From NCBI GenBank assembly GCA_028286905.1, contig JAQBQP010000002.1, positions 56,971 to 120,970 of the forward strand: DNA of 64,000 bases. Reading direction: 5' to 3'. How positions within the stretch are numbered: position 1 is the stretch's first letter; each line of letters begins with the position of its first letter. Position numbers and translations under genes: made by a program. Below are positions 48,962-58,609 of the stretch, piece after piece. The DNA is from Candidatus Doudnabacteria bacterium. GTDB taxonomy: Bacteria; Patescibacteriota; Doudnabacteria; UBA920; VMFF01. The notes under the pieces were generated by a model. The model ran no database searches and had not been told where the DNA came from. It saw only the letters and a list, made by a program, of their open reading frames with translations.

Positions 48962-49672
48962 TTATTTTTTCTGTAGTGCTTTATAGATCTGTTCTTCTGA
49001 GATGGGGCCGGTTCGAAGGATCTCAATTGTAAAATTATTGCTAAAACGAACAAACGTCGACGGTTTGTTCTTTTTTAATTGGCCCGCATCTATTATTAAG
49101 TCTGGTTTATTTTTTTTATTCTTAAATTGCTTTATTACATCATCGGCGCTGTATGGATCGTATCCTTTAGAAATGACAGCGGAAGGGTTTGCGCTAGTCG
49201 CGGTAATAGGTTTTTTGTAAGTTTGTACTAATTGAAGTGCAAAACTATTCTTTGGTAGTCGCAAACCTAAAAATCCTTCTGGGCTTATTGTGGACAAAGG
49301 AGTGTTGGTAGTCTTAAGGGGTAAGGCTAAAGATAAAGGCCCAGGCAAAAAAGCATCGGCTAAGGTTTGTGCGGATTTGTTCCAACTAACATACTTTTTA
49401 GCCCAGTTAAGAGAGGGTATTAAAATATGCATTGGTTTTTTTCGAAGAGGACGCTCTTTAATTAAATAAAGTTTTTTTATGGCATTAGAGTTTAAAGCAT
49501 CGCATCCTAAACCATAAGATGTATCAGTAGGGTAAACAACGCTGCCGCCGCTCTGCAAAACTTTTATAGCCTCTGCAATTAAATTTTCTGTATTAGATTT
49601 AGTAAGTGTTAAGACCTTCATAAAAGAAAGCATAGCAAAAAATCGCAATTTCTGCGATTTTTTTGCAATCAA
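48962..49672 (-). CDS. tsaC: L-threonylcarbamoyladenylate synthase (TsaC/YrdC/Sua5 family)
   Basis: VVYPTDTSYGLGCDALN motif. Confidence 0.8.
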   Translation of the reverse strand: MIAKKSQKLRFFAMLSFMKVLTLTKSNTENLIAEAIKVLQSGGSVVYPTDTSYGLGCDALNSNAIKKLYLIKERPLRKKPMHILIPSLNWAKKYVSWNKSAQTLADAFLPGPLSLALPLKTTNTPLSTISPEGFLGLRLPKNSFALQLVQTYKKPITATSANPSAVISKGYDPYSADDVIKQFKNKKNKPDLIIDAGQLKKNKPSTFVRFSNNFTIEILRTGPISEEQIYKALQKK

Positions 49673-49687
49673 AGTTTATTTGCGAAG

Positions 49688-50065
49688 CTAGTCTTGGTCA
49701 GCTTTCTTTTCGGCTTTTTCGCCAAGTTCAACGATGTTTCCTTCGTGAAATAAAACATTTTGCAAAACTGTTTTCCATTCAGGTTTTTGTCGAATTAAAA
49801 ATTCTAAGTCCATACTAAAATGCTTCATTTCTTCAGTTTGAGCATTCTTCATGATTTCTTTGGCATCACTATTTTTTTCGACAGACATTCTTTGTTCGTA
49901 CCAATCAATAGCTTCGGTTTCCTCGGTTAGGCCTTTTATCATCCTAGCAAAAGTTCTTACCGATTCGGAAAGCTCTTCGGGTGGTTCGTGATATTGATCA
50001 AAACCCATAAAGTTTAAACTTAATGCTTGTCCCTCGATAATAATGGTAGTAGGGTCTTTAGGCAA
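49688..50065 (-). CDS. Ferritin-like (half-ferritin?) domain protein, hypothetical
   Basis: Single E...ExxH (EEMKH) motif in a ~125-aa helical protein; weak. Confidence 0.3.
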   Translation of the reverse strand: MPKDPTTIIIEGQALSLNFMGFDQYHEPPEELSESVRTFARMIKGLTEETEAIDWYEQRMSVEKNSDAKEIMKNAQTEEMKHFSMDLEFLIRQKPEWKTVLQNVLFHEGNIVELGEKAEKKADQD

Positions 50066-50122
50066 TTGGCTAAATAACTAAAGACCAGTTACAATAAAAT
50101 ATATTAATTTAGGAACAACAAA

Positions 50123-50341
50123 ATGAAAACGATGACTTGTAACCAGCTGGGCGGAAAGTGCGATGTTTCCATTACTGCAGCCACAGCGGATGAAATGATG
50201 GCTAAAGGAATGGCGCATTTAGGAGAAGCGCATCCTGAAATGGCAGCAGATATCAAAAAGATGCCAGAAGATGATCCAATAATGAAAGCATGGTACGCGA
50301 AATTCCTAGCTGACTTTGCAGCAGCACCTGAAGTCGCTTAA
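50123..50341 (+). CDS. DUF1059-like small metal-binding protein
   Basis: MKTMTCNQLGGKCDVSITAATADEM... Cys pair in the N-terminal 15 aa plus His-rich middle. Confidence 0.45.
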   Translation: MKTMTCNQLGGKCDVSITAATADEMMAKGMAHLGEAHPEMAADIKKMPEDDPIMKAWYAKFLADFAAAPEVA

Positions 50342-50415
50342 TAGGTCAATTGAACAATATCGAGTCTTTCTGAGATATGCCAAAATGCTTAGGCAATATT
50401 AAGAAAGGTAAAATT

Positions 50416-50565
50416 ATGTTCAATATATTAGATGGTGTGGGTCATGAGTTAAAAGAAGATGCAAAAGATGCAGCGCATGATACAAGCCATGCGGCAAAGG
50501 AAGCGGGTGAGTGGACTAAAGAAAAGGCCAATAATGCTGCTGAAGATGTAAGAAAATCGGTTTAG
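50416..50565 (+). CDS. CsbD-like small stress protein (start set at internal Met with SD)
   Basis: AAAGGTAAAATT-ATG; Lys/Ala/Glu-rich 49-aa product; terminator follows. Confidence 0.35.
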   Translation: MFNILDGVGHELKEDAKDAAHDTSHAAKEAGEWTKEKANNAAEDVRKSV

Positions 50566-50584
50566 CAAAATTCAGCACTGAGTT

Positions 50585-50612
50585 AAGCCGCCGTAAGGCG
50601 GCTTTTCTTTTG
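50585..50612 (+). terminator. Rho-independent terminator (AAGCCGCC-GTAA-GGCGGCTT-TTCTTTTG)
   Basis: GNRA-like loop, 8-bp stem, T-rich tail. Confidence 0.6.
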
Positions 50613-50669
50613 TGCAGGTTAAGAAATTAGGCTGGCATTATGTTACAATATCTATATAAAAGGTAAAAA

Positions 50670-51581
50670 ATGATAAGAAATAAAAACAAAGTAATTTTTT
50701 TCACGGCGGTTGTTGTTGTTGATCTATTGTTTTTACTTTGGCTTGCTAGTATTTTAAATTTTTTACCGCATTTGAATTTTGCTCTATTAAACCCCAAAGG
50801 AACTATTGCTCAGCAGGAAAAGAATGTGATCATAACAGCCTTCTTACTGATGTTAATAGTGGTAGTACCTGTTTTAGGGGCGGCTTTGTATGTTGCCAGG
50901 AAATATCGAGCGGACAACACAGAAAATACCGATTACCAGCCAGAATGGGAAGGTGACTTAAAATTACAGATAGTTTGGTGGGTGTTTCCAACAATTATTA
51001 TTATTTGCTTGAGTGTGTTAACGTGGAAGAGTAGCCATGCTGTCGATCCTTTCAAGGCGATTAATTCCCCTAATAAGCCGATCACAATCGAAGTGGTGGC
51101 ATTAAATTGGAAGTGGCTATTTATTTATCCTGAGCAAAATATTGCTACGGTAAATTATGTTGAATTTCCTCAGAATGTTCCGATAAACTTTATCCTTACT
51201 TCCGATGCCCCGATGAATTCATTTTGGATTCCTCAGTTGGGCGGACAAATGTATGCCATGGCAGGGATGCAAACGCAATTACATTTAATGGCAAATGAAC
51301 AAGGTGAATACGATGGTTCCGCAGCAGAAATAAATGGGCCAGGATTTGCAGGGATGCGCTTTAAAGCCAAAGCGACAACTGTTGCTGATTTCCAACAATG
51401 GATTGGATCGGTTCATCAATCAGAAACTAAATTAGACTCAGAAACCTACGCAAAGCTTGCTCAGCCAAGCACAGAAAATGCTCAGGCATATTATGCCGCA
51501 GTGGTTCCAAATTTGTTCGATACGATAATGAAGAATTATATGGCGCCAAATATGAATAATATGCAAATGGATACTAAATAA
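50670..51581 (+). CDS. cyoA: Cytochrome o ubiquinol oxidase subunit II
   Basis: C-terminal domain colinear with CyoA: TSDAPMNSFWIPQLGGQMYAMAGMQTQLHLMANEQGEYDGSAAEINGPGFAGMRFKA; no CuA Cys ligands. Confidence 0.85.
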   Translation: MIRNKNKVIFFTAVVVVDLLFLLWLASILNFLPHLNFALLNPKGTIAQQEKNVIITAFLLMLIVVVPVLGAALYVARKYRADNTENTDYQPEWEGDLKLQIVWWVFPTIIIICLSVLTWKSSHAVDPFKAINSPNKPITIEVVALNWKWLFIYPEQNIATVNYVEFPQNVPINFILTSDAPMNSFWIPQLGGQMYAMAGMQTQLHLMANEQGEYDGSAAEINGPGFAGMRFKAKATTVADFQQWIGSVHQSETKLDSETYAKLAQPSTENAQAYYAAVVPNLFDTIMKNYMAPNMNNMQMDTK

Positions 51582-53549
51582 ATGAGCTTACTTTTCGGAA
51601 GATTAACTTTAGCAGATTTGCCGCACGAATGGTTTACAGTCGGCGGAACCGCGACGATTCTTTTAGGATTGTTAGGCATTGCCGCGCTATTAACTTATTA
51701 CAAGCGTTGGAAGTGGCTTTGGCAAGAATGGTTCACCTCTACTGATCCCAAAAAAATTGGAATTATGTATATTCTTTTTGCAGCGGTGATGTTATTCCGT
51801 GGCGCTTTGGATGCCGCGATGATTTGGGCCCAACAAGCGATGTCAGTAGGTTCGAACCATGGCTATTTAACTCCTGCACATTTTCAGCAAATTTTTACTG
51901 CGCATGGTGACATTATGGTTTTCTTCGTCACAATGGGTTTTTTGTCCGGATTACTTAACTTATTAATTCCGCTCCAAATTGGCGCGCGGGATTTAGCCTA
52001 TCCGTTCTTAAATACTTTGGCTTTCTGGCTTTATGTCGCAGGCGCAATCTTTATAAATTTATTTTTCGTTTTTGGCGGAAACTTTGCCGCTACCGGCTGG
52101 CTGTCTTTGCCGCCATTGTCTGGGTTAGCGTATAGCCCAGGGGTGGGAGTGGATTACTGGATATGGAGTTTGCAAATATCCGGCGTAGGAAGCTTAATTG
52201 CAGGTATTAATTTTATTGTAACAATCCTGAAAATGCGCGCACCGGGCATGACCTTAATGAAGATGCCACTATTTGTTTGGACTTCTTTATGCAGCATGAT
52301 TATGGTAGTTTCGATTTTTCCAATTCTTGCAGCAACTCTTGGAATGCTTTGGTTGGATCGCTATTTCGGCCTGCATTTTTTCACTTCAGATTTTGGCGGC
52401 AACCCGATGATGTATATTAATCTTATTTGGATGTGGGGTCATCCAGAAGTGTATGTTTTGATTTTGCCATCGTTCGGAATTTATTCAGAAGTTGTGGCTA
52501 CCTTTTCACAAAAGAAACTTTTCGGCTACAAATCCTTGGTTGGCGGAGCACTTGGCATTACGGCTTTATCATTCTTAGTTTGGGCGCATCATTTTTTCAC
52601 GATGGGAGCGGGCGCCAATGTAAATGCATTTTTTGGGATTATGACCGGATTTATTGCATTGCCAACCGGGGTGCAGATTTTTAATTGGATCTCCACTATG
52701 TATAAAGGCAGAATTATTTACTCGCAGCCAATGCATTGGTTCTTTGGCTTCTTAGCTACCTTTACCTTTGGCGGTATGGCCGGGCTACTAATGTCTTCAC
52801 CAGCAGCGGACTACGCTTTGCATAATACTTTATTTTTAGTAGCGCATTTTCACACGATGATTATTGGCGGAGCGTTATTTGGAATTTTTGCCGGAATAGT
52901 TTATTGGTTTCCAAAATTTACCGGATTTAAGCTTGATGAGCGTTGGGGCAGGCGTGCGTTTTGGTTCTGGCTAGTTGGATTTTTCCTGTCTTTCGCTCCT
53001 CTATATATGTTAGGTTTTTTGGGTGCGACCCGAAGACTAGACCATTACGATGCTTCAATGGGTTGGCAAGGTTTGTTTATCGTTTCTGCGGTTGGCATTA
53101 CCGTAATTGGAGTTGGTGCTTTGTGCCAAGTAATTCAAATTATAGTTAGCGTTAAAAACAGAAAGCAGAACTTGGATTTAACAGGCGATCCTTGGAACGG
53201 CAGAACTTTAGAATGGGCCACATCTTCGCCGCCACCTGTTTATAACTTCGCAGTAATTCCTACTGTTCAAACACGCGATGCATTTTGGGAACAGAAGCAA
53301 TCTAAAACAATTACCAAACCAGTATACGAAGATATTGTTTTGCCTCGAAATACCGCGATGGGAATGTACGTTTCAGCGTTTGTGTTTTTGGCCGGCTTCG
53401 GGCTAGTTTGGCATATTACTTGGTTAATATTCTTTGGATTAATCGGAACCGTTGTTTGTATTGTTATGCGTGCGCTTGATCAAAATACCGAATATATAAT
53501 CCCTGCAGTGGAAGTAGAACGAATGGAGCAAGTATGGAAAAAGAATTAG
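51582..53549 (+). CDS. cyoB: Cytochrome o ubiquinol oxidase subunit I
   Basis: Heme-copper oxidase subunit I fold; ~15 TM; conserved His ligands (WAHHFF, HFHTMIIGG). Confidence 0.9.
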   Translation: MSLLFGRLTLADLPHEWFTVGGTATILLGLLGIAALLTYYKRWKWLWQEWFTSTDPKKIGIMYILFAAVMLFRGALDAAMIWAQQAMSVGSNHGYLTPAHFQQIFTAHGDIMVFFVTMGFLSGLLNLLIPLQIGARDLAYPFLNTLAFWLYVAGAIFINLFFVFGGNFAATGWLSLPPLSGLAYSPGVGVDYWIWSLQISGVGSLIAGINFIVTILKMRAPGMTLMKMPLFVWTSLCSMIMVVSIFPILAATLGMLWLDRYFGLHFFTSDFGGNPMMYINLIWMWGHPEVYVLILPSFGIYSEVVATFSQKKLFGYKSLVGGALGITALSFLVWAHHFFTMGAGANVNAFFGIMTGFIALPTGVQIFNWISTMYKGRIIYSQPMHWFFGFLATFTFGGMAGLLMSSPAADYALHNTLFLVAHFHTMIIGGALFGIFAGIVYWFPKFTGFKLDERWGRRAFWFWLVGFFLSFAPLYMLGFLGATRRLDHYDASMGWQGLFIVSAVGITVIGVGALCQVIQIIVSVKNRKQNLDLTGDPWNGRTLEWATSSPPPVYNFAVIPTVQTRDAFWEQKQSKTITKPVYEDIVLPRNTAMGMYVSAFVFLAGFGLVWHITWLIFFGLIGTVVCIVMRALDQNTEYIIPAVEVERMEQVWKKN

Positions 53550-54136
53550 AAAACTTAGCGTTGAAAAATTTTGAAATCGAAAAAGCAGAGAAAGACCATT
53601 TCGGCTTCTGGGTTTATTTAATGACCGATTTATTGTCTTTTGCCGCGGTCTTTGCTGCTTTTGCAGTTTTGAGAAATAACACTTTTGGCGGACCGTCTGG
53701 GAGAGAGTTGTTTAGTTTGCCATTCGTATTAATTGAAACTTTTATCTTGTTAACCAGCAGTTTTACTTGCGGATTGGCAATGTTAGCAGCACAGGACGGC
53801 GATAAGAAAAAAGTTATTACTTGGTTTTCCACAACATTTATATTAGGCGCCTCATTTTTAGTAATGGAATTTACAGAATTTCATAAGCTAATTGTTGAAG
53901 GTAATGGCCCGCAGCGCAGCGGATTCTTAACCAGCTTCTTCGCACTTGTCGGTTTGCATGGGCTGCATATTTTTATTGGATTACTTTGGATGTTTATTGC
54001 AATGGTTATGACCCAAAAGAGAGGTTTAACTATTAAAAGCAAGAGCAATCTAACCCGCTTAAGTTTATTTTGGCATTTTTTGGATATCGTTTGGATTTTT
54101 ATTTTTACTATTGTCTATCTAATGGGGGTTATGTAA
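53534..54136 (+). CDS. cyoC: Cytochrome o ubiquinol oxidase subunit III
   Basis: 5-TM subunit III-like; position in operon. Confidence 0.8.
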   Translation: MEKELENLALKNFEIEKAEKDHFGFWVYLMTDLLSFAAVFAAFAVLRNNTFGGPSGRELFSLPFVLIETFILLTSSFTCGLAMLAAQDGDKKKVITWFSTTFILGASFLVMEFTEFHKLIVEGNGPQRSGFLTSFFALVGLHGLHIFIGLLWMFIAMVMTQKRGLTIKSKSNLTRLSLFWHFLDIVWIFIFTIVYLMGVM

Positions 54137-54137
54137 T

Positions 54138-54488
54138 ATGCAAACTCATAAAGCCTATATAACCGGATTTTTCATTTCAATCGTACTAACGTTGGCAGCA
54201 TTTGTGCCGGTAATTATTAATGCCCAATCAAATTTTAAAACTTTCTCGCACAACGCTTTAATTGCTTATGTTTTGGTCCTGGCATTTATTCAGCTTTGTG
54301 CGCAGTTAACTTTATTCTTGCACCTTGGACGCGAACAAAAACCCCACTGGAATTTATCGGTCTTCATGGCAACAATTGGTCTAGTTTTTATAGTAGTCGT
54401 TGGTTCGCTTTGGATTATGGCGCATTTGAATTACAACATGACCCCAGATCAGATAAATACTTATATTAAAAACTCAGACGCTTTCTAA
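54138..54488 (+). CDS. cyoD: Cytochrome o ubiquinol oxidase subunit IV
   Basis: 3-TM small subunit immediately after cyoC. Confidence 0.7.
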   Translation: MQTHKAYITGFFISIVLTLAAFVPVIINAQSNFKTFSHNALIAYVLVLAFIQLCAQLTLFLHLGREQKPHWNLSVFMATIGLVFIVVVGSLWIMAHLNYNMTPDQINTYIKNSDAF

Positions 54489-54551
54489 GAATATTGCCTG
54501 TTTTTTTTGCAAGGTTTATAATACTATAGATATAATTAGTTAAAAATAATT

Positions 54552-54854
54552 ATGAGTAATGCTGAATCACGCTTTTTTTTAGATCCCTCTCAGGAACAAG
54601 AATGGGACATGAATAATCTAGGCCTAAGAAATCGTCTCCAATGGGAAGTAGCCCATGAGATTCCCTTCTCAAATGACAAAATTAGGGACCTGTGGTTAAT
54701 GCAAAATACAAATAAAATTAGAAGCTTGATAGATGCTGACTTAGATTTTCAATCAGCAATCCAAGGACGAAATTGGGAAGCCGCTAAGAAAGTTATTATA
54801 GATAAATTGGGGCCAAAAAACTTACCTGAACAATCAGGAGAGATAGCGGCTTAA
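54552..54854 (+). CDS. Hypothetical protein
   Basis: 100-aa soluble ORF, no motifs. Confidence 0.4.
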   Translation: MSNAESRFFLDPSQEQEWDMNNLGLRNRLQWEVAHEIPFSNDKIRDLWLMQNTNKIRSLIDADLDFQSAIQGRNWEAAKKVIIDKLGPKNLPEQSGEIAA

Positions 54855-54972
54855 ATCAGAATAAAATTCATTATAAAGTATAACTATTGCGATACTTTTT
54901 TATCGTGCATATATTCTTCATGATTTCTTCATAATGCCGAGTTAGAATGACAAGACTAGTAAGAGAACGAAT

Positions 54973-56886
54973 TTGAAAGAGTTCAGGGCGAAAACAAACA
55001 AATATTTACAGATATGTTCGTTGCCAATTCTGATGGTTGTCTTATTGGTTATTGAAACTTATTTCTTTAACGCTTGGCTAAATATAACGCCGCATTTGTA
55101 TTTTATAAGACGAACCGCCGCCTCTATTGGTTTAGGGACGGTTATTTTTGGACCGGCGCTTTTCTTTAGAAGGCAGGGTATAAAACATTTGTATTTGGGT
55201 TTTGTCTCAACGCTCTTGGCGGTGCTTCTCATATCTCAATTTATTTATTATAAATACTCCGGCGGGTTTTTAGAATTCTCTTCAATTTTTTACGCTAATC
55301 AGGTGAGTGAGTTAGGTGAAACTATTAAGAGCATCCTTACTCCTAAATTAATACTATTTATTACACCAATAGTAGCTATAGTAATTAGTTATTTTTTTTC
55401 GAGACAGCGAGTCAAGCAAAGCTATTTTTTTACAAAAAAAGAATCGATTTATGCGAGCATTCTGGCCCTGCTTTTAATTTGTTTGAGTTATGGAACGCTT
55501 TTATCTCTTGAAAAAAAAGATTGGGGCGATACTTCTCGTTTATACAGTAAGGTTTATGACCTAGGAACGTTGGTAGGAAAAATTGGAATAGTTAATTTTT
55601 ATATTGAAGACGCAATTAAATTTATCAGCCAATCGCATCAAGCATCTGCAGCGCAACAAGATTATATAAAAAATTGGTATGCAACTAAAGCAGAGCCAGT
55701 CAGTTTAAAAGACACTGGAATTGCTAAAGGTAGAAATTTAATTGTGATCCAAGTTGAATCGTTAGAAAATTGGCCGATTGGGGCAACAGTGAATGGTCAG
55801 GAAATTACTCCAAACTTAAACAAATTATCCAGCGAAGGTACTTATTTTGACAATTATTATTCTCAGATCGCAGAAGGGAATACGGCCGATGCAGAATTTT
55901 CAACAATGGATTCGCTTTATCCTTTGCCGGACTCCGTTGTTTTTATTAACCATGCTAACAATCAGATGAATGCTTTGCCTGGGCTCTTGAAAAATAATGG
56001 TTATGATACAGCGGTATTGCATGGCGATGTCGAAACATTTTGGAATCGCTCAAATGTTTATCCGGGAATGGGGTATTCAAAAATATTTAGCCAAGCCGAT
56101 TATACTGTCACTAGACCAGTGGGATTTGACGGATTGGGCGATGCAGATTTTTTTGAACAAAACGTTTCTAAACTTCAAAGTTTACAGCAGCCTTTCATGT
56201 CGACATTAATAACTTTATCATCACATACTCCATTTAAAATCCCGGTAGACCTTCAAACTTTAGATGTAAAAGAAAATGATATTGCGCATACAAATCCTAA
56301 AACCAGTGATACAGGTGATATAAAATTGAATGCGACCCAAGCAGATTATGTCCAAAGTGTAAATTACGCGGATGCGGCGATAGGCAATTTTATCGAAAAA
56401 CTAAAAACGTCAGGTTTATATGACAATTCTTTATTCGTTATTTACGGTGACCACAATGCTTTTATTGGTACTGCTGATTCTGCTGCTAACCATGTGCCGA
56501 TGATTTTAATTGCACCGGGCTTAAACATAACAGGTCTAAATTCGGAACCAGCAAGTCATTTAGATTTGTATCCGACCTTGGCGAACTTATTAGGAGTTCC
56601 AGCTCCACAGATTGTTATCGGACAAGATTTGTTTAATGCTGTTGAGCCGGTGGCAACCCAGAGAAACATTATTACCGGAACAATTAAATTCATTGACTCT
56701 ATAGATAAGAAGTACATTTCATCTTCCGATGGCGAATTTCAAAATGGCGTTTGCCAAACAGTTCCAGAAGAATCGATTTTGCCCGTGGGGGACTGTCAAC
56801 TATTATATAATCAAGAGCAAGAAAAAATAAAGGTCTCAGACATTATAGTTAAATATAATCAGATTAAATTATTATCAAATCAATAA
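54973..56886 (+). CDS. LTA synthase / sulfatase-family (alkaline-phosphatase superfamily) membrane protein
   Basis: 5-TM N-terminus plus extracellular sulfatase-like domain; apparent TTG start. Confidence 0.75.
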   Translation: MKEFRAKTNKYLQICSLPILMVVLLVIETYFFNAWLNITPHLYFIRRTAASIGLGTVIFGPALFFRRQGIKHLYLGFVSTLLAVLLISQFIYYKYSGGFLEFSSIFYANQVSELGETIKSILTPKLILFITPIVAIVISYFFSRQRVKQSYFFTKKESIYASILALLLICLSYGTLLSLEKKDWGDTSRLYSKVYDLGTLVGKIGIVNFYIEDAIKFISQSHQASAAQQDYIKNWYATKAEPVSLKDTGIAKGRNLIVIQVESLENWPIGATVNGQEITPNLNKLSSEGTYFDNYYSQIAEGNTADAEFSTMDSLYPLPDSVVFINHANNQMNALPGLLKNNGYDTAVLHGDVETFWNRSNVYPGMGYSKIFSQADYTVTRPVGFDGLGDADFFEQNVSKLQSLQQPFMSTLITLSSHTPFKIPVDLQTLDVKENDIAHTNPKTSDTGDIKLNATQADYVQSVNYADAAIGNFIEKLKTSGLYDNSLFVIYGDHNAFIGTADSAANHVPMILIAPGLNITGLNSEPASHLDLYPTLANLLGVPAPQIVIGQDLFNAVEPVATQRNIITGTIKFIDSIDKKYISSSDGEFQNGVCQTVPEESILPVGDCQLLYNQEQEKIKVSDIIVKYNQIKLLSNQ

Positions 56887-56936
56887 AAGTTTAAACACGG
56901 CACTCATTTTTAACAAAAATTTGAGTTTTTAGTGTT

Positions 56937-56968
56937 AAAAAACACCAATTAAAATCGGTGTTTTTTTG
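56937..56968. terminator. Bidirectional terminator (AAAAAACACC...GGTGTTTTTTT)
   Basis: Stem flanked by A- and T-runs between convergent genes. Confidence 0.5.
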
Positions 56969-57018
56969 TTCAGTGCAGAGTTAGAATTACTGCCGTCAGA
57001 AAATAGAAATTTTTCTCC

Positions 57019-57501
57019 CTATTTTTTAGCAGCTAGGAAATTATTTAATTTCTCTAATTGCTGAGTAAAGCCAGCTTGCATACCTTCGGCTGCCATTCTG
57101 GCGCCAGGTCCGGTTTTATATATAGCTGCTTTCACGTGTACTTTAGTTTTTCCATTATCTTCAGTAAACGTTATTTCTGTGGTTTGATCTATTGTTGTTT
57201 GTTCTTTCTGTCCTTCAGTCCAAGCTTGGGCATTGTAAAAAAGTTTTGAATTCGGTTCAACAACAGTAAATTCTGCCAGCATTGGCCAGAGAATGCCTTT
57301 ATATGGACCCATTGCTTCTCCTGCTTCCATCACAATATAAAATTTACCGCCAACTCGTAGTTCAACTTCACATTCAGGGATGCTGACGTTATCTGGTCCC
57401 CACCATTGTTTTAACATTTCTGGGTTAGTCCAAGCTTGCCAGATCGTTTCAACTGAGGCGTCGTATGTTTTTTCAAGTACTACTTCTTTAATCGGATCCA
57501 T
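57019..57501 (-). CDS. SRPBCC-family protein (AHSA1/activator of Hsp90 ATPase homolog-like)
   Basis: Typical partner of an ArsR regulator; WWGPD... region. Confidence 0.7.
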   Translation of the reverse strand: MDPIKEVVLEKTYDASVETIWQAWTNPEMLKQWWGPDNVSIPECEVELRVGGKFYIVMEAGEAMGPYKGILWPMLAEFTVVEPNSKLFYNAQAWTEGQKEQTTIDQTTEITFTEDNGKTKVHVKAAIYKTGPGARMAAEGMQAGFTQQLEKLNNFLAAKK

Positions 57502-57848
57502 TATCTTTTCCCTTTCTTATTTTTATTGATTGATTTTAAATATTTATCCAATGAATCGAGTCGGTTCTCCCAAAGTTGTTTATATGTCTCTAAATAGTGG
57601 CTAGCTGTAGCTAGGGTATCTGGAGATATACTAACAATCTGTTCTTTGCCGCGCCTGTTTTTACTAATAAGTTTAGCGCGGTGGAGAACATCCAAGTGTT
57701 TTGCAACAGCAGCAAAAGTCAGCTGATAGTGTATTGCTATCTCGCTTACACTTAAGCTTTTTTTACTAACCTGTTTTAGGATGTCCCTTCTGGTTGGGTC
57801 GCTTAACGATCCAAAGATAGAGTCGAGTTCATTTGTTTGTTCAACCAT
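57501..57848 (-). CDS. ArsR/SmtB-family transcriptional regulator
   Basis: LSDPTRRDILKQV...SVSEIAIHYQLTFAAVAKHLDVLHRAKLI HTH. Confidence 0.75.
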   Translation of the reverse strand: MVEQTNELDSIFGSLSDPTRRDILKQVSKKSLSVSEIAIHYQLTFAAVAKHLDVLHRAKLISKNRRGKEQIVSISPDTLATASHYLETYKQLWENRLDSLDKYLKSINKNKKGKR

Positions 57849-57936
57849 ATAGTTGAATGATATATTAAGATGGCAGAGATGTCAAGAGGGTTAAGGTATT
57901 TTGACCCTCTAATCAAAATAAGGGTATACTTGATGT

Positions 57937-58506
57937 ATGAAAAAAATCGTATTATTTTTGCATCAATCCTTAGATGGGTATTGCGCTACTGAAAAGGGTG
58001 AGTTAAATTGGATTCCTTATAATCAGGGGTTTGAGCAGTATGCTGAACGTCTTGTGCAAACAGTTGGATCTCCAATGTACGGACGTGTGACATACGAGCT
58101 GATGAAAAGCTATTGGCCGCAAGTATTGAAGGATCCTGCTGCATCTAAGCATGACAAGGAACACGCGACTTGGCTGGAGAATGTAGAGAAGATCGTCTTT
58201 AGTACCACACCTCTCGAAAAGGATTGGAACAATACAACTGTGATAAGTAGCAACGTCAAAGAAGAGACTCAAAAGCTAAAAGAAGGATCAGGAAAAGATT
58301 TAGTAATTTTCGGAAGTCCTACTCTTGCACGGTCGTTAATGGATATGGGGTTTATCGACGAATTCCGTTTTACTGTTAGTCCTGTGATCCTAGGAAAAGG
58401 TCTAACTTTTATCAGAAACATTGAAAGCAGAACTGATCTTGAACTTTTAAGCTCTGAGACCATAGAAGGCGGTGTAGTCGCATTTCATTATAAAATCTTA
58501 AGGTAA
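57937..58506 (+). CDS. Dihydrofolate-reductase-family protein (RibD C-terminal domain)
   Basis: MKKIVLFLHQSLDGY... and GG..L glycine motifs. Confidence 0.75.
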   Translation: MKKIVLFLHQSLDGYCATEKGELNWIPYNQGFEQYAERLVQTVGSPMYGRVTYELMKSYWPQVLKDPAASKHDKEHATWLENVEKIVFSTTPLEKDWNNTTVISSNVKEETQKLKEGSGKDLVIFGSPTLARSLMDMGFIDEFRFTVSPVILGKGLTFIRNIESRTDLELLSSETIEGGVVAFHYKILR

Positions 58507-58609
58507 GGTTCTCGATTTCAAGCCAACAAATAGATTAGATTCAAAAAGTACCCAAACAAGTTGGGTACTTTTTATTTTGACTCCGCATCTTTGATGGCGT
58601 TAAACCTAC

